A stretch of 64,000 bases of DNA from Anthoceros angustus. Lineage: Eukaryota; Plantae; Anthocerotophyta. The first letter of the stretch is position 1. Each line of letters opens with the position of its first letter. A program made the translations under genes and the position numbers. Location of the stretch: the NCBI GenBank assembly GCA_010909165.1, contig VJWM01000305.1:33411-97410 (forward strand), given 5' to 3'. Below are positions 37,440-50,266 of this stretch, piece after piece. The notes beneath the pieces are model-generated. The model had not been told where the DNA came from, made no database searches, and worked only from the letters and a program-made list of their open reading frames with translations.

Positions 37440-40400
37440 AATGTTTTGTGCCAAGAGGCTGTACCTTCTACCTGAGCCTTGACTGAGGGTGAATGTGGAC
37501 CTCAAGTGTCTCGGGATGAGATTCCACTCCACACAACGCATCCCTCTCAAGCGTCACCTCACTCAAGCGAAGGCAGAGGTGACATTCTCGTGACATCTCT
37601 CTTCCATGCCTCCTGTATCCCTTGCCATGCATAGTCGGCTGGGCGTTGCTTCTGACGACATCGATGCATCATTTTCCTCGGTGGGCTACCTCTTCCTTCC
37701 ACCCGTTGGTGTCCATTGCTTGCTTTGAGGAGCTCCTCACGCTCCTTGCTCCATGTGGCCTGTCCTTCCTCCAGCTCCTTGAGCTTGGCCTCCAGTCCTT
37801 CATTCTTGGCTTGGGCGCCTCGGCCTCACTTTGGCAGTCTTCAACCTGTCCCCATTTTGTTCCTTCTCGGCTGGAAAGAGAGTTCTTCTTGCCACTCCTT
37901 CCCACATGGACGGTCTCCTCAATTTTACGATTGAGGTAGCCACTTCCTTCATTCGCTCCTACTTTCTTGTCTCTTGTTCTTCAATCTTCTTTGAGCCCCA
38001 ACCTTCTCTCCAGTCAACTAGCCCTTTGCCCTTGCGCCATCTCCTTGATAGCCTTGCTATCCTTCTCCCCCAGGGCAATCGCTTGGGGCATCGGCGGCGG
38101 CTCTCACCTCCAACTCCTCTACTTCTGTAAGGCTTGCTTCACTAATGGAGTGTCAATTAGGCAGCGGATGGTCGGATCCTTCAAAGCCTTTGTCTTCTCA
38201 TTCCCCTCACAGGGTCGACTACGCGCCTTTCTCTTGGTGGCGGTCTCCACTCCCCTCGATGTTGGGTGGAACTCACGTGACTCGGTCATCTCACAGGGTG
38301 GGTTACATCCACCACCACTCCATGGGGTTGCCTCACAGCCACATGGTGGCACGCCACCTCTTCCTCTTGTGCCCTTTGTCTCCCCACAGGGCAGGCACTT
38401 CTTCTTCCTTGGCGTCGGGGCCAGGGGTGTCTCATCATCCGGAATCACCACACGGTGAAGCACTTCCTTGCTCCACCTTGGGTTCCTCCTGCCTTCTTCA
38501 CCTTCTTAGGAGAGGGACCCTGTCTGTCCTCGGAGGACCACTTCAAGCAGTGGTAAGACTCCTCCAGCTCTTCTTGATGTAACCCATGTGCCCCCCAATT
38601 GCACAAGGTAAGTACTCAAATGGTTGCCTCGCCCCTCATTATCCACAATGTTTGGCCTCGGCTTGTCTGGTGATGCTCATAGGCCTTGACATGGTTGTCC
38701 CCAGTCGGTGAGCTCCTTGCTTGACTTCCACATGAAATGAAAGAATGCCTTGAAGTAGGTGGTTCACGTGCCAGTCACCCCAAAACTATCCTTGTAAAAG
38801 CTTCCACTTGAGGTCAGCAATCTTATCATCCCTCCGCCCATTCCGCCTCGTCTATCCCTCCGATGAGCATCTTTGAGAGCTTCCTCGGGAAGGTCACCAC
38901 CAACGCTTTTTCCATCTTCATTCCTCTTGTGGGAGCCACCCCATCACTCTCGGTTCGGCCTCCCATATTTCGAATGTTGGAATGTCCATCCCTTGGATCT
39001 CACGTTCTCTCCGTCAGTCTCTCTGTTTCTCCTCGTCGATTGAGCACTGTAGCAAGACTCAACCAATTCCACATTAGAATAGGCCCAATGCCTATCAAAC
39101 CCATCGAGCGACATTTTCGTCACAGCCCACCGTCGGAAATCCCATAAGTCTCGGAGGAGACTTGCATCGAAACACAAAAATCCCGGCCCCTCCTTCTCGG
39201 CGGATCCTTCTCGGGCTTCTCCTTCACTGCCTTCTTCTCCTTCACGACAGTGCCTGCCCTCCCGCTGGGCCCGGACGCCCATGCATCCTCCGTGGTATAT
39301 GCGCTCTTCATCTTCCAACTTCCGCCCGGATAAGCTTCTCCAAAAATCCTTCCCTACCGATTCCTCCTTCCTTAAAAATTCTTCTAAGTTTCTCTGTGTC
39401 TGCCCTCCGACAGATCGCCTCGCCGTCCGCTAGTCCTCCGACCAACTCAAATGAGCTAAACACTCCTCTACTTACATATATAGGGTGAGGAGGATTTTCC
39501 ACACCCAAAGGCCAAGGACGAAATTTCCCTGTCCAAGGCCAAGGACCTTTTCCCCTTCAAGAACGTTAGGAATTCCTCAACCACGAAGGCCAAGGAAGAA
39601 ATTCTCCACTGTCACCAATTCCCAAAGCCAAGGAAGAAAAATCAGCAGACATGCAAAGGTCACCCACGCGTCAGCCTCTAACCCGCCTGGGTCCATCTTC
39701 CGTCCGAAACCCTCGAAGGCCAAGGATACCGATTCCTCCGGCGCCAAGGATGATTTCTCTATATATGCTTGCATCGCTCCTCCTTGGTGTCAAGGCGCCT
39801 CTTCCTCCTCGGCTCGCCTGTCACCGCACTGCCCACCTCCACTGCCTTCGAAATTGCGCGCTGCCGCAACTCGCGAAGACCTTCTCACAAGGTTTTCCAC
39901 CGGAGTAAGAACCTTACCGCATGTCCGGACCGTCTCAATCAGTGACCGCGCCGCCACTAGGCCCGCACCAACCCTCCTTCTTAAGGTGTTCGCCTTCCGC
40001 GAACCTTCCTCTCACAGAACTTTCCTCCTCCACCTCCCGCCCGACCTCCGGCCCTTTCTCCGCTGGACCTGCTGGTCCGTTTTCCTCCTTCTCCGCCCAC
40101 GGGACTGCAAACTCGTCTACTTCTCCACTCACTCCTTGCACTTTCCCGCTGCCAGTTGGTGAGAAAAAGAAAAAGAAAAAAAAAACCTAACTAATATGAA
40201 CAAAACTAAGAGGCATCCGCCCTCTTCTAAGTGGACCCAAAATTTCATGCTCCACATGCCCCCTTCCCACTTGTTTGCGTCCCCGCAAACAACAGGACTC
40301 AAGTGAAAATACTTCTTGACCTTCCAGCCATTCACACTGCAAGGTGGAGGTCTCCATCCAAGACTGCACCGGATGCACTCCATTCTCATACACCTCCTCA

Positions 40401-42545
40401 ACCTTGTAGGGTCCCATCCACCTCAATCTCAACTTTCTGGAAAATCTAAGTATCGGTCATTACGAACACCAAATCTCCAGCCACAATCACTTCTCTCTTT
40501 GAAGCTTCCCATGTCGATGCAAGCCGTTGTTTGGATCTTGTAGGTCTCCTCAAGTGCCTCTTCTCGGTCCTCCTCATAAGTCGCGAAAGCCTCCAATCGC
40601 GCTTGATCGTCCTCCACTCATCCTTACGTCCTCCATGATTCGATGTGTTGGAATCTCAAACTCAATTGGTAACACTTGGTGACATCCGTAGGTCGGATAG
40701 TAGGGCGTTCGTTTCGTGGTTACCTTCTCGGTATCGATATGCCCAAAGTCTTTGAATGAAGCTTCGTGTCGATCATACATGTGTGTGATCACCTTAGTCA
40801 AAATGGTACCCAATCGTTGGTCTTCTCGTGAGGCCATTTGCCTTGGGTTGTAAGCGTTGTCTTGCGGTGTCGTATGTTGAAGTAGCTGGTCAGCGACTCA
40901 ATGGCGATGTTCAAGAAGTGAGTTCCTCGGTCACTCACCAACTCAAGGACAACCATACGTGTGATGATGTTCTCAAACAAAAATTTTTGTTGTCGGGCGT
41001 CATCCTTCCTTGTCGCCTCCGCCTCTACCATCTTGGTGCGATGTCGGTGGCCACCAATATGTATTGCTTAGAGTCCACAGGTAGGTGGGCGAATCGATAA
41101 CAAAGTCGATTCCCACTTCTCAAAAGGAGGCGAGTGGCGGAATGTAGGTCGATGGCCCTTTGTGTGGATGTCGGCCTCCTACCTGTGACACGCGTCGCAT
41201 CTCCTAATAGAATCCCAAACATCACGTTGCATGGTAGTCCACCAAAAGCTGTATCCAAAATCTTCTTAATCGTGACTGCGGTAATGCCTCCTGCCTCTCC
41301 ATGTAAAGCCTCAATCACCAAAGCGCCTCTCAGGGCTCCGGACACCTTCGTATCTTCTCATCCGCCCCATCTTGTACAAGATTCCATTCCTCAAGCGATG
41401 AGGCTACCTTATGAAGAAAAAGCGCTCGTCCTTCCCTACTCAATCCATTGGGCATGATTCCTAACTCCGGGAATCTTGAACTTCTAGCGCCTTGCTTGCA
41501 GCCCTTCTCTATCCCTTGAGAAACGGGCGGCGTTGCGCCTTGTGAACCGGCTCCTTGCTGATCTTGGTTGAGGACTCATGGCACGTCCTCCACGATTCTC
41601 GCACTCTGCTGCTATCTATCGTTAGGCGTCTCTCCGTCATTGTCCACGAAGTCGATCTGAACTTCCTCTCCGTGATTAGGATCCCTGTGTGGCTGTACCC
41701 TACGGCCACCTGGCGCTGCTCTTATGCGGGGCTCACTTGCCCTTCGTTACGTAACTTCCTCTTCATCCTCTGGTGATGTCGCGACCAACTCCTCGTCGAA
41801 ACCTATCGTCTCCGGACCTTTCGATTGTTCTCAACCTCGAGATGAAATCCAGCGTTGATGTGTCTCTTACCGCTCGCGTCTCAACATCAAAATCAAACTC
41901 TTGCGGCAAAAGAATCCATCGAGCAATTCTTCCGACAAATCCGGCTTGTTCACTAGGTACTTGGTATAAAATGATCAGCGTGGAAGGTTACCTTGCGAGA
42001 GGTAGTGGCGAAACTTCTTGCATGCGTAGATGATTCCCAACGCCTCCCTCTCGATCGTAGTAATTTCTCTCGCGTCGATCAAGCCCGCGTAGAAGATAGG
42101 ATGATCCCTCTTCTCTTAGTCCTTACGGCTCGAGAATAGCCCCAAGCGCATCTGCGGACACATCCACGTACGTGCGTGAAATGGCTCCCAATTTGGTGGT
42201 CTCAAGGTGGGTGCCTCCACCAAACTCCTCTTTAGTTGTTGAAGCAGCTTCTTCTCTTTCCATTGTCCACTCAAATGCTCGTCCTTCTTTGTGAAATTTG
42301 AGTTAGGACGGCTGCCTTCTTTACAAAAATCTTTGTGAATCTCTAATAGGACTAACCCTATAAGCTCGACACTTTGTTGTCAGGGTGCATCCATCTCCGC
42401 GATCACCTTGACTTTCTCCATATCCACTTGGAGTCCTCTTGCTGAAACTCGATGAGCGAGGAGAATCCCCTCCGTCATCCCAAAAAAACACTTCCCAGGG
42501 TGAAGTTTTAGGCTGGTCTCACGGCAACGTTGGAAACACCGGCCC
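37440..42545 (-). mobile_element. Gypsy pol (RT end, RH, INT; 40190-42545) followed by a divergent ORF X paralog plus coiled coil (37440-39500)
   Basis: KLHPGKCFFGMTEG, SGRIARWILL.QEFDF, LVSDRGTHF and RWMGPYKVEEVYENG motifs; downstream HWAYSNVELVESCY, LKWKLF.RIVLG and LSTYLVQL match ORF X. Confidence 0.8.
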
Positions 42546-42625
42546 AGATATGAAAAATAAAACCTAACTAATATGAACAGAACTAAGAGGCATCTGCCCC
42601 TCTTCTAACCGTGGACCCAAAATTT

Positions 42626-45600
42626 GGCGTTCCACAAAGCTCTACATGACCAGGACAAACGGATGCAGCACTCCATCAATCAATGTCACCTGGAGATGGG
42701 GACAGGCATCCGGAGGCTTACTGATTTGCTACAATCAGTTAACCTGAAGAAGGCGGCTCCAAGGAAATTTGGCGGAGAAGGACTCACCTTTCATGCCCGA
42801 GGCATGTATTAATTCGCCATTGCTGGCGGGAGGGCGGTCGGGCGATGCCATGGCACCATGGCCTTCCGACATCCATGGGAGATATGAAGAGGCAACCTCT
42901 TAGACCCCTCAACACACCTGTCTCAAGACTTCAAGGGGCACCCTGTCCTTCCACTGAATCCTAACCGCTACTCCCCCACAACTGTCGAGAACCCTAATTA
43001 AGACATATTGATACATTTAGGTTAAGACACAAACCAGTCTTAATTTAAAGCACTTGTTTTTAGGGATTGCTCTAACCCTACCTTACCTGGATCGAACCCA
43101 TGTCGAGTCAACCTCCTCCTTTTCCTCAGGACCACCATCTACGGTCCCGGCTTTACGCTGCCCAGGCTAAAAGGCGTGTGGGTTCAGCGGGACGGTCTGA
43201 AGTGTGGAGGTCGAGAATGAAGACAACCCTCATTGCAGGAGTGCAGGTGTGGTGATGGCGACAATCTAGATCCAGGGACTTCATCTCAACCTACCATACA
43301 CAGGAGCTGATTGCTTCAGGCAAAGCGAGATGGGATCAACTTACTATACGTAGCTCTTCTCATTGGTGGACTAGACGCTGATTTTGTGCCAGAGGTGGAG
43401 TACTTGCACGATGCCAAATAGATCTGGGATCAGCTCTCCAGAACTTACAGAGTAGAGAACGTTCTCACCTTGTGTGCCGTTCGTCAACAATATTACACCT
43501 TGAAGATGAAGGAAGGAGAGAAAGTGGCTCCTTATATCAGCAAGTTCAGGCATTTGCGTGCCCAACTTGCCTCTCTCGGTACAGTGGAGAAGGAAGTCGA
43601 TGTGATTGCACAACTTCTCCATTTTCCTCTCAAGCTGGACCTGTGAGTACTCACAATGGTCCCATCCAGCTGGCTGCAGCCAGCAACTAAGACCGGCCGT
43701 CATCTCGAAGCTTGAGGAAGTGATAGGGCCCTGTTTCAAGAAGAGTAGAGTCGCCCTGCATCTGGACACAAATTCAAAGCCGACAACAGAGTCTTTAGTG
43801 CTATGCGAGGTCGACCATCTTACAGAGGCAAGTCAAGACCACAATCTGGACAACCTGGACATCGAAATGGTGCAGGTCTCTCCACACAAAAACGGCAAGG
43901 TAATTGCAATTGGTGCGGATTACCTGGGCATTGGGCTCGCGAGTGTCGTAAGAAGAAGGCAGGAGAGCCTCAACGGGTTCCTCCTAAGCCTGCTGCACAT
44001 TCCATGTCACACAACATAGGAGATAAGTCATCTACAGAATCAGCATCTACCTCAGGCAAGCCAATAGTAAAAATACTAACCGTTTGCTTGAAAACCACTT
44101 TCACGAGTGAGGTCGATTGCTGGTATTTAGATTCAGGGGCCACTGCCCACATCTGTAAGGATGAGTCCCTCTTCACCAACTTGACGCTTTCAGCAGTTTC
44201 TGAGAAGGTCTATTTAGGTGATGAGAGTAATTCCTCTAGCCTCAGCATCCTTGGTAAGGGTATCTGCGAATTCCCTTTACATGACAACAATATATTAGTT
44301 TTGCCTGACGTTCTGTATGTTCCCAAGATGGCAAAGAATCTCATGTCATTGAGTAGGCTTATGCGAATGAAGGACCTGCTCCTCTCCGTCTCCACCGATA
44401 CCTGCTGCTTTTCTTGAAGAACTTCACCTTCAACTTGTATCTTCAAGGCTTTTCTAGATGCTGATCTTTACCGGTTGGATATCTCTTGCATAAGAAGACA
44501 TAAGGCAAATTCCATCGGTGTCGGCAACCTTACAGCAGCGCAGCAAGCGAGGCTTTGGCATGCGCGTCTTGGCCATGCTAATAGAATTAAGCTAATCAAT
44601 GCCTCTAAATAGGGTCTCTATCGGGAACCCTTACCGCGGCATTTTAAGGAGGGCGCTTAGAAGTTTCGTGCTGTAAACAAACGGAAGTCCCATTTCCTCA
44701 AGTACCTGCATACCGATCCTCATCAGTTTTGGACTTGGTGCACGCAGATATTTCAGGCAGGCTGCAAGTACCTTCCCTTGGTGGTGCTGAGTATTATCTT
44801 ACTTTAACTGATGACTACAGCCGATACACGTGGACTTACCCCATGAAGTTCAAGCATGAAACTTTTTCCTTGTTTCATGAATGGTTCTTCTTGGTTCGTG
44901 GTTGATTGGTGGGTATTGGTCGGACAATGGTGGAGAATTTATCAGCAATGCCTTCACTCAGTTCCTGGACAAACAAGGCATTATTCATCAGCTGATTGTG
45001 CCATACACACAACAACAGAACGGTGTAGCCGAGAGGAAAAATCAACCCTTAATGGCCATGACTCGTTCAATGTTGCTGTGGTCAGGCTTGCCATCTACAT
45101 ATTGGGCAGAGGCAGTGGTGACTGCCACGTATATTCTTAATCGGCTACCCTCTCAGTCCCTTTCGGAGACCACACCATACCATATGTATTGGGGCCATAA
45201 GCCAAGTATCATACATCTCCGCATCTTTGGATCCCGTGCATTTGCTTATGTGCCTACTGAGAAACGACGAAAATTAGATAACCGTTCGCGAGATCTTATT
45301 TTCATTGGCTATAGTGAGGTTACTAAGGCATACAAGCTTATAGACGGACGCACCTTACAACCCGTTATTGCCAGAAGCGTAACCTTCATGGAGTCTCTCA
45401 ATCCAGTCTCATCTAATGTCCCTGCTAGGCACACTGATTTACCTAATGATCCTGCTGATTTCGTTTTTACAGAAGATCATACTGACTACCCTGATGACGC
45501 TGATGGAGATGCAGAAGTGGCACCTCCTCTTGATCAACCTGAACTGGCCCCAGTTCTTCCAGTTCCCCCACAGGACCCTGTTGATGCTCACCCAACAGAT

Positions 45601-48318
45601 ATTGTAGATGGGCTCGATCCTAACACAGACCTAGGTGAGTCTCTCCCTATTCCTAGCATAGATGCTGAAGAGATAGTCAACCCTGGATCTCTACCCACCT
45701 TACCAGAAAACATACCGGAGCCAGAACCTCCTCGTAGGTCTGAACGTATTCGTGCACCACCATCTCAATGGAAAGAACCACCATGTGCTTCTGTCGACTT
45801 TCGTCGTTCAGTGGGAGCCTGTGCTCCTACCCTTCCTCCTTGTGCCCTCTCTGTTGTCATTCCACCGAACCCGGCCATTTCCTCACGTGTTTTTCCCGAC
45901 TGCAGGCTAAGTGGAAAAAGCTAGCTGATGACTTAATACAACAACGATTCAGGCACTTGGGAGCTTGTTCCTCGACCTCAGAATCGCCGACCGATCACCT
46001 GCAAATGGGTATTTAAGCACAAACTCAATGCAGATGGTAAAATTGCAAGATATAAGGCACGCTTGTGCGCACGTGGTTTCACTCAGATACCTGGTCTGGA
46101 CTTCCAAGAAACATTCTCCCCTGTGGTGCGTTCCCAATCCATCTGACTCATGTTGGCCTTGGCTACTAAGCATGATCTTGAGCTTCAGCAGATGGATATG
46201 AAAATTGCTTTTCTCCATGGTGTCCTTGAGGAGGAGCTGTACATGGAACAACCGGAAGGTTATGAAGACACTAAATACCCACACTTTGTATGTAAGCTGA
46301 TAAAATGCATTTATGGACTCCGTCAAAGTGCTGAACGATGGAATAAGAGACTAGATACCTGTCTTAAAGGTCTTGGCTTCCGCCAGAGCCCTGCTGACCC
46401 CTCACTGTATGTTTATGACCATGGATCTGCATATGTGCTCCTCGCTATTTATGTGGATGATGCCATCTTTGCAGCAAATGACAAACAACTGTTAGAACGT
46501 GTTAAGCACATGATGCAAACTGAATTTGAGATGACTGATGTTGGTGACCTCAAGTTTTGCCTTGGCATTCAAGTTCTTTGAGTACGAGATGAAGGCTTGA
46601 TCATCATTCATCAACACAAATATATTTCCGAGATTCTGATTCGTTTCAACATGGATAAAGCACATATGGCCTCTACTCCTGGAGCCACCGGCCTGAACTT
46701 TACTCGGGAGGACAGCCCTACAGTGGCAGCTGATGTAGATGATATGAAGGATGTCCCTTACCGTCATGCAGTGGGCAGTCTTCTTTTTGTTAGCAACTGG
46801 ACTCGGCCGGATATCACATACTCTGTGAACACAACATCGCAGTTTTTACAGTGCCCTGGGCGGAATCACTGGACAGCTGTTAAGAGTTTTCAGATACCTG
46901 AAGGGTACACTTTACCTTGGCCTATGTTACAAGCGGACTGGTAATCCTCCTACCCTCCATGGTTTTGCTGATGCCGACTGGGCGTCGGATGGTGACTCTC
47001 GCAAAAGCCTATCCACATATGTCTTCATTCTGTCCTCCGCTGCTGTTAACTGGAGCTGCAGAAAGGAAACATCTGTAGCCCTATCAAGTACTAAAGCTGA
47101 GTACAAATGTCTCACTGATGCTGCAAAAGAAGTGGAGTGGGAGAGAGCTTTTCTAACTTCTGTTCATGCAGAGCAGACAGATCCTACCACTTTATATTGC
47201 GACAACCAATCAGCTTTGTCTTTAGTTGAGCGTCCTCGTTTTCACGCTCGTACCAAGCACATTGAAATTCAGCACCACTATGTCAGAGATGCCACAGCCA
47301 GAGGTATTGTCAAGCCTTCTTACATACACACAAATGCCAACACTACTGATATTTTGACCAAGTCAGTTCCGAAGCACAAACATGTTTCCCATGCAGAAGG
47401 TCTTGGTCTAGTGGATTACATGCCCTACTTTAAGAGTTCTTAGGGCTTGTTTACATGGGGAGAGGACCCCCTATAGATTTGTCCTCAGTCCTCAGTTCCC
47501 TACTCTCCTGTGTCTTCTTTTCTTCCTGCAGATGTCACAGATGATGGTCAGGCCCTCAGTGGGTGAAGCTTTAGCACAAATACCTAATCGTGATGGCATG
47601 GTCTAGTCGTTGTTTGTGTTTACCGTTAGTGGGAGTTCATGGCAAAGTTCATTGCGGTCAGTCACCTTCATGCACTAGATTGATTTTACGTCCCCTACTG
47701 CCGTAGAGAGCGTCGGTCCTCCTCTCTTCGAGTTGCGTCGAAGTCTTTCGGATCTGGTCGTACTGCCCATAGATATCGGCTTGGATAGCTTCCCAATTGT
47801 CATGGCTCACACTTCCAGCAACTGTCTCCTCCCTTGTTCTCTGACCGTCTTTTTCCCCGTCGTCGCCTTTGTGTTTGGAATCTTTTCCTTCCTTCCTCTC
47901 TTCCTGCCTCCGTCTGTCACGACTTTGGTGAGCCGGCCTCGCGCAAAGGGACAATGCACACATAAGAGGACTAGAAGATCACTAGGGCGACAAAGACCTT
48001 GTAGGAGCAGTCGGTGCTTATTTCTGACAGAGCGGATTCAGTACCCTTCATCGCCGCCGCCATCGCTGTCTGCAGAAGGAAGGACGAAGACTGATTAACC
48101 CCCTTTGAAGACGCTTAAACCCTAAACCCCTTTTTAACCCGTCCAGGTTAAGTGGGAGTGTTGATTAGATAACCTGTTAGGGTTAAATAATGGCTGGTTC
48201 ATATAGACATATATAGAAGTTTCTAGTTAGATGTTACTTGCGGTATAAAAGGTACAATGTTTTCTTTTATCATACTACTCACAATTTTGCTCTCTATTGC
48301 TTTCGCTGCTCTTCTTCA
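42626..48318 (+). mobile_element. Ty1/Copia element lacking its 5' LTR (Copia-2)
   Basis: gag VWRSRMK (43200), Zn knuckle CNWCGLPGHWAREC, WYLDSGATAHIC, integrase ORF 44881-45924, RT YVDDA, RH RFHARTKHIEIQHH (stop 47443); PPT AAGTGGGAG then TG-starting LTR at 48159 (its end is approximate). Confidence 0.85.
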
Positions 48319-48319
48319 T

Positions 48320-49561
48320 TCATCACTTCCATATCGATGGAAACTTATCATGTTTTTGGGTCTTTGGCCTTTGCATTTATACCAAAACAGAGACGTTGAA
48401 AGCTGGATGACAGGGCTAAGTCTTACCTTTTTCTGGGATATTCTGAAGTGTCCAAAGCCTATAGGCTGTTTGACCCAAAATCTCTACATGTCGTCCTTGC
48501 CAGGAGTGTGACCTTTGACGAACCAACCTCACCAAGGTCTGGTCCCAGTACTTCACTGTTGGAGATGCGTGTCACTAGCCTATCCTATCTATGAGCCTAC
48601 TCTCTACACACACATTTAGATGAAACCTGTGTGTGTTTTCCTGCCTTCAGAGGTCACCCATATAGGGCGTAGGTTCAAATCCCTCCTGCACAATGCACAG
48701 ATTGCCAGTGTCAGTTCTCACCCATTTGGTTCAGTGGATGAAGCTGTAGCTTACCTATTTAGTCGTGAACAGACAGGCATTAGTCGTGAGCACTATACCT
48801 TCCAGAGGAGCCTTCCACACAAAACACACATCTTGCTCCGATAAGCGCAAATACAGCAGTCACGCTTACCATGAGCTCTGTTTTCAGTGGGAGACTTGGG
48901 TTCTGCAGCTTGATTCTTCAGAGCAGCCTGTCTTTTGTTTAAGTCGTCCAGCTGCATAGCCACCTCTGCCCTCTTCACATCGAGGAGATCCTCCACTTCC
49001 TTCAGTGTTTCAGTTACCGCCTTTACGTGATCCAGCCTTGCTCACTATGTTGTTGTAACGTGGAGTCTTTTGTCGACCGCCTTCTCTCACGCAGTATTGG
49101 ATCCCTCAATGGTTGTAATACTAGGCAATGCGAAGACTCCGAGGACTTCAACTCAACCACAGGATCCCTTGACAGATAGGTTGGCTGAGCTGGGGCTGGC
49201 TCCCGCATTGCAATTGGGAGGATTTCTTCTTGAGGTGGAGCTGCCTGATCTGCTCTTCGTGTCGGGTTTCTTCCGCGCATGGGAGCTACACCACTGCTGC
49301 TGTTGCCTGCGCGCTTCATTCTTCGTGGCTTGGGGCTGAGAGCGATGTTGCCAATTTTCTACTCCAGATCGCGTCTGTGTAAAGGCCAGTTAAACCACGT
49401 TAGGTTTAGTGGGAGTGTTGGGGTATGAAACCCAATATGGTTTAAACATATAACTTAGAGTTAGGTTGACTAACCAACAGACACTTTCAATTTTGCTATG
49501 TAAACTCTTTTTCATTATTATTATGGTTGTCTTCGTGAAATATGCTTCCGCAACTTTTACA
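48320..49561 (+). mobile_element. Internally deleted Copia remnant (Copia-3): integrase tail, 3' region and 146-bp 3' LTR
   Basis: VFGSLAFAFIPK...LDDRAK...GYSEVSKAYRLFD...ARSVTFDE at about 48350-48525; PPT TAGTGGGAG; LTR 49416-49561 TG...CA. Confidence 0.75.
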
Positions 49562-50153
49562 TCTCCCAATCTGGAGGTTGTAACGTTGGAGCGCTCACCA
49601 AACTGTCCTTCAACTGCTGAAAAGCCTCCTGCCTCGCGGTTGTCCATTCAAAGGGTACATCCTTCTTGGTCAACTGTGTTAACAAGGCTTCCTTTTTGGC
49701 GAAGTCCTTGATGAACCTCCTGTAATACCCTACTAGTCCTACAAAAGCTCGTACCTGCCTCACCGTTTGTGGGGCATCCATTTCCGCTATTACTGCTACT
49801 TTCTCCCTATCTACCTGCAATCCTCGTACAGAGACCCGATGTGCTAACAAAATGCCCTCCGTCATACCAAAATAACACTTCCCCGGATGAAGTTTCATGT
49901 TCGACTCTCTGCACTTCTGGAAACACTGTCTCAAATGGTCCAGATGCAGTTTCCTTTTCCCAAACACGCAAAAATCATCCAGAATACCTCCATGAACTCC
50001 AAGAAATCTCGGAATATAAGCTCACTACACGCTGAAAGTGGCAAAGTGATTACAACCCGAAGGAGGAATGCGTAGGTGCCCCAATCTGTTGTGAATGTCG
50101 TCTTGTCTTGGTCTTCCTTCCTCAGCGAAATCTGATTGTGCCCAGAGTATCCG
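49562..50153 (-). mobile_element. Gypsy RT fragment
   Basis: DGYSGHNQI...KTTFTTDWGT, (F)LDDF with 1-nt deletion, KLHPGKCYFG, RAFVGLVGYYRRFIKDF, APTLQPPDW. Confidence 0.9.
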
Positions 50154-50266
50154 TCCACTCCCTTTAGGCACTCCATGTAAGTACCGATATAAGCTCAGGA
50201 TGCTTAATCACGATGTTCTTATAAAGGTGTGTCCATTTGGCCTAAGCCATTTGGACACACCTCAAA
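50154..50266 (+). repeat. Left copy of ~113-bp inverted repeat (putative TIR)
   Basis: Matches the reverse complement of 58066-58177 with about 11 mismatches and 2-3 gap bases by manual alignment. Confidence 0.85.

Larger units (their letters stand above)
34261..37440 (+). mobile_element. Second Gypsy subfamily: coiled-coil tail, LTR, PBS, gag
   Basis: RKLLGPHDD tail paralogous to RRTLGPHDD; LTR with cctataagagg TATA ending ...CCACA at 35949; gag capsid KFGDKKKGGDHEAFIHAFE...WFVSGLP...AEDYEA at 36530-37030. Confidence 0.7.

Noticed and set aside
33367-40162. Long plus-strand ORFs (33367-33936, 37967-38458, 39485-40162)
   Set aside because: Ser/Pro/Leu-rich antisense shadows of purine-rich minus-strand TE sequence; no recognisable domains.
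48664-48692. tRNA-like GGGCGTAGGTTCAAATCCC (T-loop/B-box)
   Set aside because: No D-arm or acceptor stem upstream; lies in a Copia 3' region.
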